A stretch of DNA of 59,567 bases, filler included, from Sluysia triapertura (GCA_046118255.1; 4 parts of 4 records of this genome joined end to end with filler, not necessarily neighbours in it); one strand, 5' to 3'. Positions 1-12,875 are shown, numbered from the whole stretch's first letter. Notes: generated by a model not told the origin, from the letters alone. Numbers and translations are program-made.

Positions 1-1299
1 TGTGAATTAATTATTGTGAGATGTAGTTTGGTGAAGTGTTAAGATTGTATTTTATTGTTTTATGAAATGATTTGAATAATGTTTTATGTTTGAAGGGTGT
101 GATGAGAAATATTATTTTATGTGGTGAATTTTTATTTTATTATTGAGTTAAGGGGTTGGCCACTACAATAAATAAAAATTTTTAAAAAATAAACAAATTA
201 ATTCTCGTGAATAATAGTTTTGATACAAAAGCTTATAATAAAACGTATTTATCTGACCGTGACAAAAGTTCTACGATAATTTTTAGTGTTAATAGAAAAC
301 CATCATTTTATAGAGAAGCCGTTTGTTCTGGTATTTTTCTCTTTTTGTTTCTAACTTCTTTTATTTATACTACAGCTTCTTTAATCTCTATTTTATTATT
401 CTTAATACAATAAATTACATGTTAATTTCAGTCATAAAAATAAGATTTTCATTTGAAGATAAATTTAAACTTTAATAAACTTAAAGTTAATTTTGTAATA
501 ATTTAAAAAGTACAATTAAATTAAAATTACATTATTCATTTACATAATACATAAACACCAGCATACCTAACAATCTTAAAATTCATTGGATTGTGTTGTT
601 ATGTTTCACGTTCACTGAAATTATTAATAAACGATTTAAATATGATTAATATGATCTACATTTTTATTGTTATGAAATATGGAAGATAAAATAAAATATC
701 AACAATAAATTGTAAACATTATTTTGTTATTTTTGCATCCAATACTATTTTAATAACCATAAATTTAATTTTGTTATTTACATTTTATTGTTATCGTCGT
801 TTGCCAATTATAATATGAACATCAATTGTATTATACAATTTAAAAATTTAAGTGTTCAAGACACGCCTTTTGAAAATGGTTTATGAAATTCTCAGTATTT
901 CGTTAAAAATTATTTTTAATAATTCAATTAGGTTATAGTTTAAAGGTCTTAAAACAATTCATTTGACCTTTAGTATTATTTTATGAATATTCTACTGCGA
1001 TTATTAAAATACCAAAAATAACTTACTAAAGTTAAAACTAAAATATTTTAACATGTTCGCTACCGGAGCTTGAGAAGAAAATCTTGTATCGTAGCCCATG
1101 GAAATTTTTCTTATGAAATGGACTCTAAATGACATTGGATTTTTTAACTGCGAAACAATAGTGCAACACCTTATCGAAAACTTATAAGGTAAGCACGCCA
1201 CACAACTGATACGTCGCATACTTGTGACGCTGGTAGCGATCGTGTTAATAATTGTAAATTATTTCAACTGTTTAAAATCTTGTGGGAGAGCCTACTATA

Positions 1300-1892
1300 A
1301 GTTTTAAGCCCCTCACTATTGGTGAACCTAGAGTCAAGATAATTTGCTAGATAGTGCAATTTGTAATAAAACGCCAGCACTACTTTGAAATTAGCCATTC
1401 CTATTCCATTGCTTATATTTTGAATAAAAATCCTAAATTTCCTACAATAATTGATTACACGACTGTGTATATTATCAAAATTCATTATAAATGTAACCAA
1501 AACAAATTTCGGCAATCGTGAATCAATGAAAATTTGATCTTTATAAAATCCAGTTATCCTTTTGGTTTGCTGTACATTACCGATTTTATTTGATAAATAG
1601 GATAAATTGTATTTGATTTTTGTAAACCTAATTGATATCCAACAGACTAATGATTCAGCGTTCATATATTTTGTTTCTGACAAAATTTAAAAACAACTTT
1701 AAAACCACCAATCCCAGTATCTGATGCAAGACAATAATTCGAGTTAGTTCTTTGTAATTTCAAGTACATATTTGCACCTATAATCATGTATTTTGTTTGG
1801 TTCAAAGTCCAGCAATAATGAACAACGCATTGCAAATATTTTGGATTTTTCAATCCATTTTGTTCTGTGACTTTTACGTTAATCGTATCCAT
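1300..1892 (-). pseudogene. Polinton/adintovirus major capsid protein fragment, decayed
   Basis: NQTKYMIIGANMYLKLQRTNSNYCL...FKV and DQIFIDSRLPKFVLVTF resemble the recalled Polinton MCP segments QxKxLLNGVDxxIxLxRxxxxFCL and DNxFxGxLPKRxxIGF; adjacent to the integrase. Confidence 0.65.
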
Positions 1893-2199
1893 TTACAGCT
1901 TCAGTATAACGGTTCTAAATTAGAATAATTTCTAATATTGCTTTTTGCATATGATGCCAATTTTCATCTTCAATTTGAGTTCTATTAAACTATAAAATCA
2001 CATATTTCCACAATGTACGAAACATCTTTTTTATCAGATAAATTTTACCATCTGATTTTGTAGTGTCAACTCAACAAATAATAATACTTAATTAAGATCC
2101 GTTTTTGATGCTTATAATTAAATTCTACATCTCCATCATTATTAATTATTATATTGTAAGATAAATTGCTTTAACAGCTGTATTTTGTATAACAACTTA

Positions 2200-2598
2200 A
2201 GGAGGATGACGTTTCAAAAATACATAGGTTTGTTATTTTTAATTTATGTCGATACTACATCATTCACATCTTTAGTACTTTTTGATTTAACTGGTACTGC
2301 TCTTGAAAATCTTGAAAACATATCAACGCAATTTAAAATGTGACTGTAACCATTATTAATTTTTGAATAAGGAAGTATTACTATTAAATCAGCTTGTCAT
2401 AATTAATTTTGTTCTCCACTTTTATATTTGCGTGTTGAAAATCTTCATCTCATTGGTTTGTTAAGTGAATATGCTATTTCGTCGTCTTCTCCTTCGCCTT
2501 TTTTGCTAACCTTTTTACTCCTGTGAAACCAACTGGATCTTTTGGAGCGAACCATATTTCCATTGATAATCTTTTCGTCTACTTTTTTCATCCTCCAT
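2200..2598 (-). pseudogene. Polinton/Maverick-type retroviral-like (rve) integrase, decayed
   Basis: Translation across stops and shifts: EIWFAPKDPVGFTGVKRL...AYSLNKPMR*RFSTRKY...L*QADLIVILPYSKINNGYSHILNCVDMFSRFSRAVPVKSK. This matches the Polinton integrase signature YTLHKP..R..F...WQADL..Y.K.N.GY..IL..ID.FS..A.A.P.K.K. Confidence 0.85.
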
Positions 2599-2933
2599 TA
2601 GAACATTCTGATTTTATACCGAAATTTATATATTATGTGTAGTAGACAATCTTGAATCCATACTTACCATTAATATTTAAATATTTTTTTTATCCCAATC
2701 AACGATTTATTATTCCACAAGCGGATGCATCAACAAAACCACCATTTTGTTTGTAAATTACTTGTCTTTTAGAATTTATACTTTTTTGCATTTTTTAAAT
2801 CCGTAAGTCATTTTTTTATAATCCAATAATATTTTTTTATTTTTATATTCATTAATATTTATTTTACCAACAGTTATTTTAATATATATCAACTAAATTG
2901 CAAATAAAAGAAATGATTTTAAAATAATAAATC

Positions 2934-3339
2934 TGTTGGGGTAAAAAGGCCTAAAGTGTCATGTAGTATAATTGAATATACTAAAAATAAAATTGTTAGG
3001 CGGGGCTGATAGATCAGTGGTAGAGCATCGAACTTCGTAGCTAGAGGTCCTGAGTTCGATCCCCGGTCAGCCCATTTTACGAAGTCCAACATTTGGTGAG
3101 TCCACATATCGAATATCATTCTGATATTGGAATTAAATAATTTATAAGATGTTTGAGGACAAGCATAATTGAGTTGGTTGAGATATGTTGGGGTAAAAAG
3201 GCCTAAAGTGCCATTTGGTAAAATTGATTATAAAAAATAAAATTGTTAGTGGGGCTGATAGCTCATTGGTAGAGCATCGACTGTGCAGACAAAGGTCCCG
3301 GATTCGATCCCCGATCAGTCCATTTTATGAAGTCTAACA
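2934..3339 (+). mobile_element. Putative two-LTR miniature retrotransposon (TRIM) with tRNA-like sequence inside each LTR
   Basis: Direct repeats 2934-3091 and 3186-3339, each TGTTGGGG...AACA. PBS-like TGGTGAGTCCAC starts 2 nt after LTR1 (3094). The internal region is 94 bp, with a weak G-rich tract before LTR2. Outer flanks AATC/AGTC fit a 4-bp TSD with one mismatch. Confidence 0.7.
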
Positions 3340-4985
3340 AGTCTATGAGATTCTTGTTTTTTCAATAATGCATTAAAGCATGGTAAACTACGTTCATATT
3401 TCATCTGTTTATTTTGTTAAAACTACAACTTTTTAAAATTAATTAATATCTTATTAATAAGTGATACCTTTGGTTAAAAATATCACGACGGCATGCTTAT
3501 GTAAAGTCTAAAAACAAATATTGAAAATCATTTATTAAAAATAATTTGTTAAGTGGTTATGCTTATCGTGATAAATAATCGATTGCAGTTTAATCTCTCG
3601 GATTTTTAAATATTATTAAATAATGTAATACCAAAAAATGATTAATAATCATAATGGTTGCTGCAACACTATTCGTTATGTCTATCTTCTGACGATGTCA
3701 ATGATAATTTTTACATCATGCTGCACCATTTTAATTGCACCAAAAACGCCGTCACACCACCTCAAATTTAAGAATATTCTACGAGAAATCATTCGTCATT
3801 ATTATATAGCAGTGGAAAGTGGCAAACTTGCAATCTACTTTAGTGGTTTGTATTTGTACGCATATTAGACGCTTATATGACACAAACATAAACACATACG
3901 AAAAGTCTTATACCTGAAATATTTGACCTCAAATAGCCATGAAAATGATATTTATGCAATAGTGCGAAGTAACGACATCAATATGATTGGTATTGCAACG
4001 TAATATTAATTGCAAAGTTAATTATTGTTGTAATGAACCCTAAGTTATTCCACAGAATTCGAATATGCACCAAATCAAGATTCAAAGATCGTTTTAGTTA
4101 AAACTCATAACAGTATGAACAAAGCCTTTCTTTTTTTACGAATTGTCTATAGCTGTTGAATTCCACATGATAATCTATCATCACATAAATAATAGAATTG
4201 TAACTCCTACAATTTGTCAAAGGACTGATAAGCCCAAAACCAAAATAATAGAATTTTATTTGTTCAAATATGGATTTTACGTCAGATAGAAATATACGAT
4301 ACGAACGATTTCTGGATAAACAACAGAATTTACGATTTGAGGGATCCTGTTATAGATAAACTTAAGTTTGAGGATAGCGTTACTGTTACATTGGTTCCAC
4401 TCCTTAGTAATAACAGCAGCACTTTAAATAAAACAACTATTAACAATAACCATAATATAAAACAACCATAAAAATGTTTGTTAAAATTTAGTAATATAAA
4501 TCTACGAATTTAATCCTCATTTTTTTCATTTCAATTGCGACCAATGTTGCGGTCCAAGTTCTTAACTTTTACTTATTTCTTAGTCATGTGTAATATTTTG
4601 CCCTAATGCGTAAGATAAGAAAGGATAAATCAGTCCATTATCTGACCACATCTGATGGATGTTCCCAATCATTTTGAGTCATAAGGTTGTGATGATAAAG
4701 CTCGTAGTTATTTTCGTAGTAAACATAGTAATATTTAGTTTATGTAAATATTTAATTTTTAAAATTAATTTTAGTTATTACCCTATTATATATCTTTGTG
4801 TCTTTTTCAAATATACGGTTCAGTGTGTGCTCGATTGGACGACGTTCTATAAAAAGTATTATTTCATAGCTACTTATACACATCATTTCATTATATATGT
4901 TTCCATTTTCTATTCGAGAAAATATTGTTTTATTTAAAATAATTTAAATAAAGTTTTGACTTAGAAAAATGAACTGTGATATCAC

Positions 4986-5147
4986 TGTTGGGTGCAGGCT
5001 TAAAGTACCATAGAATAATGATTGTATAATTGACTATAATAAAACAAAATTGTTAGACGAGGCTGAAAGCTCAGTAGTCATAGCACAAATCTGAAGCGAG
5101 AGGTGCTTGGTTCAATTCCCATTCAGTCCATTTTATGAAGTCTAGCA
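4986..5147 (+). mobile_element. Diverged solo copy of the tRNA-containing LTR family
   Basis: TGTTGGGTG...TGTTAGACGAGGCTGA...TCAGTCCATTTTATGAAGTCTAGCA; no TSD recognisable. Confidence 0.75.
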
Positions 5148-5539
5148 TAATTGAGCAAACTAGTGATACTGGAGAATCCATTTTAATTTATGAGATACAT
5201 AAATTATAGCCTTGTAAAAGTAAGATTTAATTTAATATCAGGATTTGTATATCAAGATAATAATGAATTTCCAGTGGAAGAAGTAAATAGATGACAAATA
5301 AACAAGGAATACACAGATTCTGTACAGTGGAAAATTTTAATTCAAATGGTTTTAATAGTCAACAAAGAAGAAGATGGATTAATATTTATATCGAAAGAAT
5401 TAATAATCCGTCGTGGTAAAGAAATTACCGAAACAAATTACAAATTACAAATATGTTTATTTCTCTGACCAAGAGATATTAGAGGCCAAAAAAGGAATGG
5501 ATACAAAAATGGATAATTTCAATAATAAAATAGATTACT

Positions 5540-5862
5540 ATTACCATTACTTCACTATATCTAGCTATTTTAGAGGATAAAATATCAAAATCATGCTGTT
5601 CATTAGCATCTTGGTATAAGTCATCAGTGGCGATAACAACATGTTTTGTTAGTCTGCTTGACCAATTTTCGTCAAAACCAATAATTACTTTAATCTTTTA
5701 ATTTACAAAATTCTGTTATTCTGCTTCCACAGACCCACCTTAAACCAATATATTTTATTAAAACTATTTTAAATTTACTGCTTTGCAGTAATTTTCATGA
5801 AAATGTGTTTTCCATCACCGCTTGAGCATATAATTTTACGTTGTTTTATTATTTAAATCCAT
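5540..5862 (-). pseudogene. Polinton-type packaging ATPase fragment, decayed
   Basis: Degenerate Walker A (IICSSGDGK near the ATG at 5862), Walker B-like HVVIATDDLYQD and downstream LSSKIARYSEVMVIVI, similar to the RHxNxxVI motif of A32-like ATPases. Confidence 0.55.
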
Positions 5863-6249
5863 TTTCAACTTAACTTATAACAATAAGTTTATAATAAATC
5901 AAAAGAAACACATTCTTAAAATACATTAATTAATTAATAACACTTTTAAAATTTTTCTAGTAATTCTTTGAGCAATTTCGTCATCATAAAGTTAATTCAG
6001 GAGCATTTTATGGACCTATTCTATACACGATTAAATAAAAATCTTATGTTCATTTATACTAATTGGATTCAAGTCCTTTGAAGGATGATAGATACAATTT
6101 TATATGGTATGACACTCCAATTTATATTCATTTTTATCCAAAATTGTAGTATAAATACCGTTAGATAAGTAATAAGTATGGAAAACGTTGAAATGCATGA
6201 AATATCAATACAAAATATGGGACAGGATTCAGTAAAATATTATTAGAAT

Positions 6250-6810
6250 AAGAATGATGAAGGTGAAAACATATACAGTCATTTTGAGAATTAAAGAATA
6301 CTTCGAAGTTTCAAAGACCCATGTTAGATGTTGAGACACCTGACGAAGATTGAGATTATTATGAAAACGTTTCAAAATATTAAACGTTTGAGCCTACAAA
6401 CCTTGAGATTATTTAAGGTCTTTTAAACGTTTAGGGATCTGTTAGACTTCATAAAATGGACTGATCGGTGGTCGAACCCGGGACCTCTCGCTCCGCAGTT
6501 CGATTATCTACCCGCTGAGCTAACAATTTTAGATTATTAAAATCAATTATACTAAATGGCACTTTAGACCTCTATCCCAAAAGATCTTTGAGACCTTGAT
6601 AACCTTGTAAAGCGTTTGAAATATTTAAAATAATAGTTAACATGGAGAAATATAAAAAGGAATCAGAGTGATGAAGGGCAAAGCGTTCATAATCTCCTGA
6701 GAATCACAAAGTACCAAACAACTTTATAACTTTGTGAAAACCTTTAAGCATAAAATAAGATAATGGCTAAAAGTAGTTTACTTAATTAAAATTTTCATAA
6801 TTTTAATTAA
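6250..6810 (+). repeat. Dispersed repeat family R3, copy 1 (interrupted by a tRNA-LTR)
   Basis: GATGAAGGTGAAAACATATACAGTCATTTTGAGAATTAAAGAATACTT matches in reverse TATTATTCAATTCTCAAAATGACTATAGATGTTTTGATCTTCATC at about 41610-41655. Confidence 0.6.
6440..6582 (-). mobile_element. Solo copy of the tRNA-containing LTR family with perfect 4-bp TSD (GATC)
   Basis: Reverse complement of the family consensus, with GATC at 6436-6439 and 6583-6586; nested in another repeat. Confidence 0.8.
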
Positions 6811-9281
6811 GGAAAAATACGTTTTTATGAATAAAGTTTGAATGCAAAATGTTATGGCAAAGTTGTGACTTTTATGTGATGGTTTAAATAAGATATTTCG
6901 ACGAATATACATTTTGACGATTGCATGCAACGAAAGCTGTAGTATTGAGAAAAGTCAAATTTTAATTAACTCTTAATTTTTTATGTTTAGAATGATGAAA
7001 ACATAGTTTGATTAATAACAATAACTGAATAACAAAATTAAATTAGTCTGAAATCTCTATATATTTTTAATAATGACAAATTATCACAATAATATAAATC
7101 AATTAATAAAATGTAACATAACTAAAAAAATGTTTGTACCCGTATAAATATAACAAAACAAATATAACAGGCGTGGATTAACTAACCAGAATCACGCAAC
7201 AAAATATGAAAAATTACTAAACATGAAGCTTTTATCATAATGTTTGCCATGACCCCGTTGAAGCAGAATTGATTTAACAAGCAAAGTTGTACTTTAATAA
7301 TATACTCTGCAATTTATGAGTGTATTTTAGTAAAAATGTGATCGCTGGAAATGCAACGTAATTATGTTGTGTAATTATTTTGTGTTATTATTTTGAGTCG
7401 GTTATAACCCAACCAATTTTAACAATTAAATTTCAATTATAATTTCCGCCAAATTTCTGTTGACTTCCAATTTATTATCTTCCATCAATTATCAAAATAT
7501 AATGAGATTTGTGGCAAACAGTTCTTGTATATAATTAGCATAATAAAATCGAAATTTAATAAGATTATCATAGTAGTGTTTACTTTTTAAATAAAATATT
7601 AACTTAAATTAACATAAAATCATTTAAATAAAAAACTTCTTTTCCATAATAAATAAATAGTTGTGATAGATAAATTGTTAAATTAGTAAGCAGTGAAACC
7701 CAAAGTTATAATATTTGATCAGCATTATGAAGAGATCCTTTGTCAAAAAATGTATATAAAATAAATTAGATTCTATTATATAAATCAGTAGAATCTTAAT
7801 TCACTCGAGAAACGAAGTTTAAAGTCACCATAATTGATTAGCAATAGGTTTAGACCCTCCATTAAAATGTCCAGCAATTAAATATCAGTATACATATCCA
7901 TTTAATATGACGAATTTAAAAGTTAAAAGTTAAGCTATTAAAATTTAACTTTACACGTTAAAATTGCTCACTTACAGTTACAGGTATACCAACTATGCGT
8001 TGTAAACCTTTTACTATAATGGCACAATGCTAAAATTACAAATGAAATTATAAATATCGAACAAATTTTTATAATCTAATAAGATATCAATCGATTAGAT
8101 TTTCTGAATACTCTGTTCGAATTGAATTTTCGTGTGCGTGAACAAAAACTTTTAACTTAATGTTTATCTTTATATTACTCTGTGGCAAATTTACGTTGTA
8201 CTACTAACAAGCAAATTTTTCAGGGTCTTTTTTATATCTATTTTATAATTGTCATTTAATAACTTAATATAATTGAATGTAAATATATTCATTATTATTA
8301 TTACTTTTGCAAGATGTTTTTCTTTTTCTTTAACCTAAACAAAATATCTTTAACTTGAAAAATATCTAAGGATCAGTTCGCCTAATAAACACGATTTACG
8401 TTTATTTCTACGTGTTATTAGGGTTTCTAGAATCAGTAAAAGCATTTTAATAAGCAGAATACCTTGACAGTATATGTTTCAATGCTATTTTACATGAGCA
8501 AAATATTAATATTAATGAGACTATCTAACTCTTGCTTATTCGGTGATGCAATGTTCAATAAACAATTTAAGTTTATAGTATGTTAATGGTTTTCCAAAAC
8601 TATTAAAACGTAAATTAATAATTATGTGCGATTAATTATAAATACTTAAGCAATACTTAGTTAATAATTGTTAGAGCTAAAATTTATTAAATCGATTAAA
8701 AATACTAAAAGTAAAATGAACAAATAAATCATTTACAAAACATGCAACTAAATCATTAAGACTAATCAAATTGCTTACAAAATTACAACAATTTAACAGA
8801 TAAAATGTAACATGATATTAAGAGAGACTTATTATTTTATGACTATAAGATTATTTTGAGCTAGCTTTTAAGAATTTAACTTCTCTATTTAAAAGAGAAA
8901 CTTGATGAAACTTACAATAATAAATTTACACAAAGCAAAAATAATTGTTGAGTATTACAGGATCAATACAATTATTTTTCTTCTTGATTAGTGTTTACTG
9001 TTATTAAAATCTAATTTCTTCTAAAAATTTGTACTGTCAAAATGAGAAAAAGTTTACTTGTATATATATATTTCATAACATAAAGCCACAACACAAAAAT
9101 TGATTCAATTAAACAAAATCAAAAACTTTTGTAATTTATTAAATTCATTATTGAAATTCATAATTAAAATTATTAAATTTTTTAATAATTAAACATTCTT
9201 AAATAATTTATAATAAAAATTAAATATTTACAATTAATTTTTTAATTTCAATAATTATCAAAAAATTATTTTAATTACAAA

Positions 9282-9317
<36 letters not shown>

Positions 9318-11769
9318 ATGCATTTATTACTTTAAACTTTCACAATTTTTTTAAATTAATTTAAGCATTCTTTTATTTTCCTTCTAATTTTATTAATTTT
9401 AACTTCTTTAAAAAGTAACTTTCAATCACATTTTAAGCCTGCGTGTGAAAATATCATGCAAATCGTCTCTGAATTTATCATAGTAAAACAAAGAATGGAT
9501 GATTTATGACACACTCTTTGGCCAACTCAGGTTTATTACTTCGTCAGGATTCAGTAGCTAAAAATAGAATAATAATAATAACAATCATGAAAATATAAAA
9601 ATAATATTAAGAAATCATAACAATAATAATGTTAATGTGGCAAACAACACTTTATATATTGTATAGACAAATACTTTATTGTGCAGACATTTAATATTGA
9701 TTCAATTATTGATTATTTTATTATTAGTAAAAACATTTTTGAAATTAATATTATTATTATTGAATTATTGAAAAACATTTTATTGAAACATTTTTGGAAA
9801 ATTTATCAAATATAAGTTATTTTATAAATTAAAAAATTATTAAATAAATTATTATTAACATTCTATTATAAAAAAATTGAAATTAATTATTAAACTAGCG
9901 AAATATTGAATTATTAGAATACTAAATTGATTTATTTAAATTATTAAAATATTAAATTATTTTGTTTATAGTATCAAGGTTAAGTTGAATTTTAATATAA
10001 AAACCCCAAACTTTTTAATTCCAAAATTTTTCACACAATTTAAAAATCTTTGTCGGAGGCTTATGTTTGAGAAAAATTTATCACTGGAAAAACCAAAACA
10101 TTATCCAATGCTTCGTTAGTCTTATTCATATAAGTATCACGCAATTATTTATTATTGCAGAGTAAGATTTACTTAAACTCTTGATAAAAATTTTGGTTAA
10201 CATTTAATTTGTTTACGAAGAAAAATAATTTTAAATTCTTATTCATATAAGATTATCAGTTAAATATAATCCTTTCTAAATTATTACTATTAATATTATT
10301 TATTATTAAAAGTTTACTATCTGTACTTTTAAAATCTTTTAAACTATATTAATATATTGTTTTGTTTATTATATTTTATTTAAATTTAAAAATAATTGAG
10401 TCACTAGGTTCATTTTAAAGAACTTAAGAAAAATCGTCATAAAAATCTTTTTGTTAATAGTTAATAATTAGAGACCAAAAGAAAAATCTAATCAATTTGT
10501 TAAAAATTGCATTTAAATAGCGAATCTGTGTAATCTAATACACATTTTAAAAATTAACCAATTTGATTTTTCCAGGTTCTATTTAATAAAGAACATAAGC
10601 AATATAACCATAATAAAGGTAAATTTAAATTTTACCTTATCATTAAACCAAACTTCTTAAGGTTCTTTTAATAAAGAACATAATGTTGTGTCTTTTATAC
10701 CTTTTTATTTTACAAATTATCAATTTAAAATTCAATAATTAAACAAATTCAGAATCTCGATATATTACTGATTGAATTTCGACAGCAATTTCCGTCTGTG
10801 TTCAAATTCAATCTCATTTTAATTATCTAAAGATAATAGGATTTGTGGTAAACAATCCTCTTATTTTCTTAATATTTAATATTAAAATTTAAAATCATTG
10901 TTATATTTCTATTATACTAATAACATAATTTGTCAACTTAATTTGAAGATAAAATTTATGAAATAATAAATCTATTTCTCACAGGGGTCTTCTGCATTCT
11001 GTAAAGTAAACTTATAATATGTTAAACTTTTCTTTTGATTATTATTACTATTACTTGTTATAATATGTGAATACTCTTTGCTAATTATCTTATGCTGTGC
11101 TGAAATTATTTTATTTTATTACTTTATAAAGCTTTTTGTATATTTTAGGTGAATTCTCCATGATACTGGACTTATTCACTAAAGGACCAGCACATAGATT
11201 TTTGCAGCGTCAAAAAGAGTATGAAGATAGTCAGTAGCAAGATGTATGCCTTTTCTAATTTATTTAGTTTACTAAATTTTTGTTAAATATTTATGCCAAA
11301 TATCCTAATTAAGTACAAACAATGAAAACAAGTAAATTTCTTAATATAATTATTAAATAAAGCAAAATATCGATAGTATAATCAACTATAATAAAATCAA
11401 CAAGTCTTCTAATTTAATCGTAAAAATATAATGACGTTAACAAGGAATTCAACAAGGTGCATTATTATTTAAATTGATAATTGTTGGGGTTTATTATTAT
11501 TGAAAATTAACTTTTGAATTAAATTTAGTTTGTGCTTCTTAAAAAAACTTATTAGCTTTATCAAATTCTTATTTTTTAAATTTATACGGTATTGAAAACT
11601 TTGACAGACATAACTAATAATAAAGAAGTTAAAAATACGCGAAGATTTATTTAAAACATATTTAATATTTATTATTTTAATCCCGTAGATGCCTTTTAGT
11701 AGTTCACACGTTTCGCCATCTAAATAAAAATCAAAGATTATAATATCATTGGTAAAAGGATAAAAATTA

Positions 11770-12875
11770 TTTACTTCACGTTCATGTTATTGGTAATCCA
11801 AGACTTTCGAGGATATTTTCAAGTTTGGAGAAGTGATCAGCATATGTGTAACTTCAGTATTAAGAGTTGTTAATTGTCATATTGGCAATAGATCCCAGAA
11901 TTCATGCAAATACCGCTTTGGTCACTGTTGAATGGGCAGAACGCCGTTTTGATAAGTTGACTCGAATTTGGTTCGCTTATAGTATTTGTACATTTTCTGA
12001 CCGCAAGCTTCTTGGAAATTACTATAATGTAAACTGCTAGCACAATATTTTCTTTACTTTCTAATATATCATAATTTTGTGAAATTGTTTGATAATCATT
12101 TGCATCGCTTAGTACTTTATATTCTAAATATAATCGTTTATATTCATCATAATCTTCACTAGAACTGAGAATGGCATTTGCATGTTTTGAGAAAGAATGT
12201 CACCATCATTAATAATTACAATAGATTCCAAATTCATTGATTCATCATCAATATTAAGATCTTCGAACAAATTAATAGAGATATTGTTCAAGTATACATT
12301 GTGGTCAATTAAATTATTTGATACTATATCTAAGTCCGATAATTTTAACGCATCTGAATTAACCCATGTATTTAGTAAAGGTGATATTATATCTAGATGG
12401 AAATGTAAATATTTAATCAACTTTAACAGTACACAAAATGTTTCAACCATTTCAAGATCTCTTAGAAATAAATTCTTAGAAAAAAGTGATTTAGAAATGT
12501 CGTATCAGATTTTACTGTTTCAATATAACGATTTAATGTTAATTCATTGATAGAATACAGAATCCAAATTTTACTGTAACCAATATTTGTAACAGGGTTA
12601 CTATCATCATGTAGGTATTCACAAAATTCTTTCGAAATTATCTCTTTTATAACTGTCCAAAATTCGTGATCAAAAACCATCTTTGGTATATTAAACTTTC
12701 GGAAAATAATAGATGTACATCTAAGTTGCTGATGAAGGAATATTGCTTCTTTGGCAAAACAGAAATTAAATGAATAAATAAAATCTGAATTTTCTTGGTT
12801 TCTACCTTCTTTATACGTTAATATAGCTTGTGCAGATCTATTCAAGTATTCTATAATTGACTTCTTTTCATTCAT
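11770..12875 (-). pseudogene. RUN-domain protein (PLEKHM1-like N-terminus), frameshifted: pseudogene or homopolymer assembly errors
   Basis: ORFs 12462-12875 and 12124-12450 join if one T is added to the run at 12480-12485, giving ...EAIFLH...FW...TNIGYSKIWILYSINE..LNRYI...FLRDLE...LHFHLDIISPLLNTW...LKLSDL, which matches the RUN domain pattern of PLEKHM1. A second 1-nt shift near 12186-12189 appears to restore a continuing frame (SSSEDYDEYKRLYLEYK...). Confidence 0.7.

Noticed and set aside
2390-2450. TGA read as Trp (alternative genetic code) in the integrase L*QADL
   Set aside because: The same region has TAA/TAG stops and frameshifts, and the host genes use TGG for Trp with no in-frame TGA; ordinary decay explains it.
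3094-3110. Self-priming by the LTR-encoded tRNA-like RNA
   Set aside because: Its CCA-extended 3' end would need TGGTGGACTGACC; the PBS-like motif TGGTGAGTCCAC matches only the first 5 nt.
2934-3339. CRISPR-like repeat-spacer array
   Set aside because: Only two long, diverged repeats in a eukaryotic context with no cas genes.
12197-12550. + strand ORF, and likewise 47606-47788 and 47641-47862
   Set aside because: Antisense shadows of - strand coding sequence.
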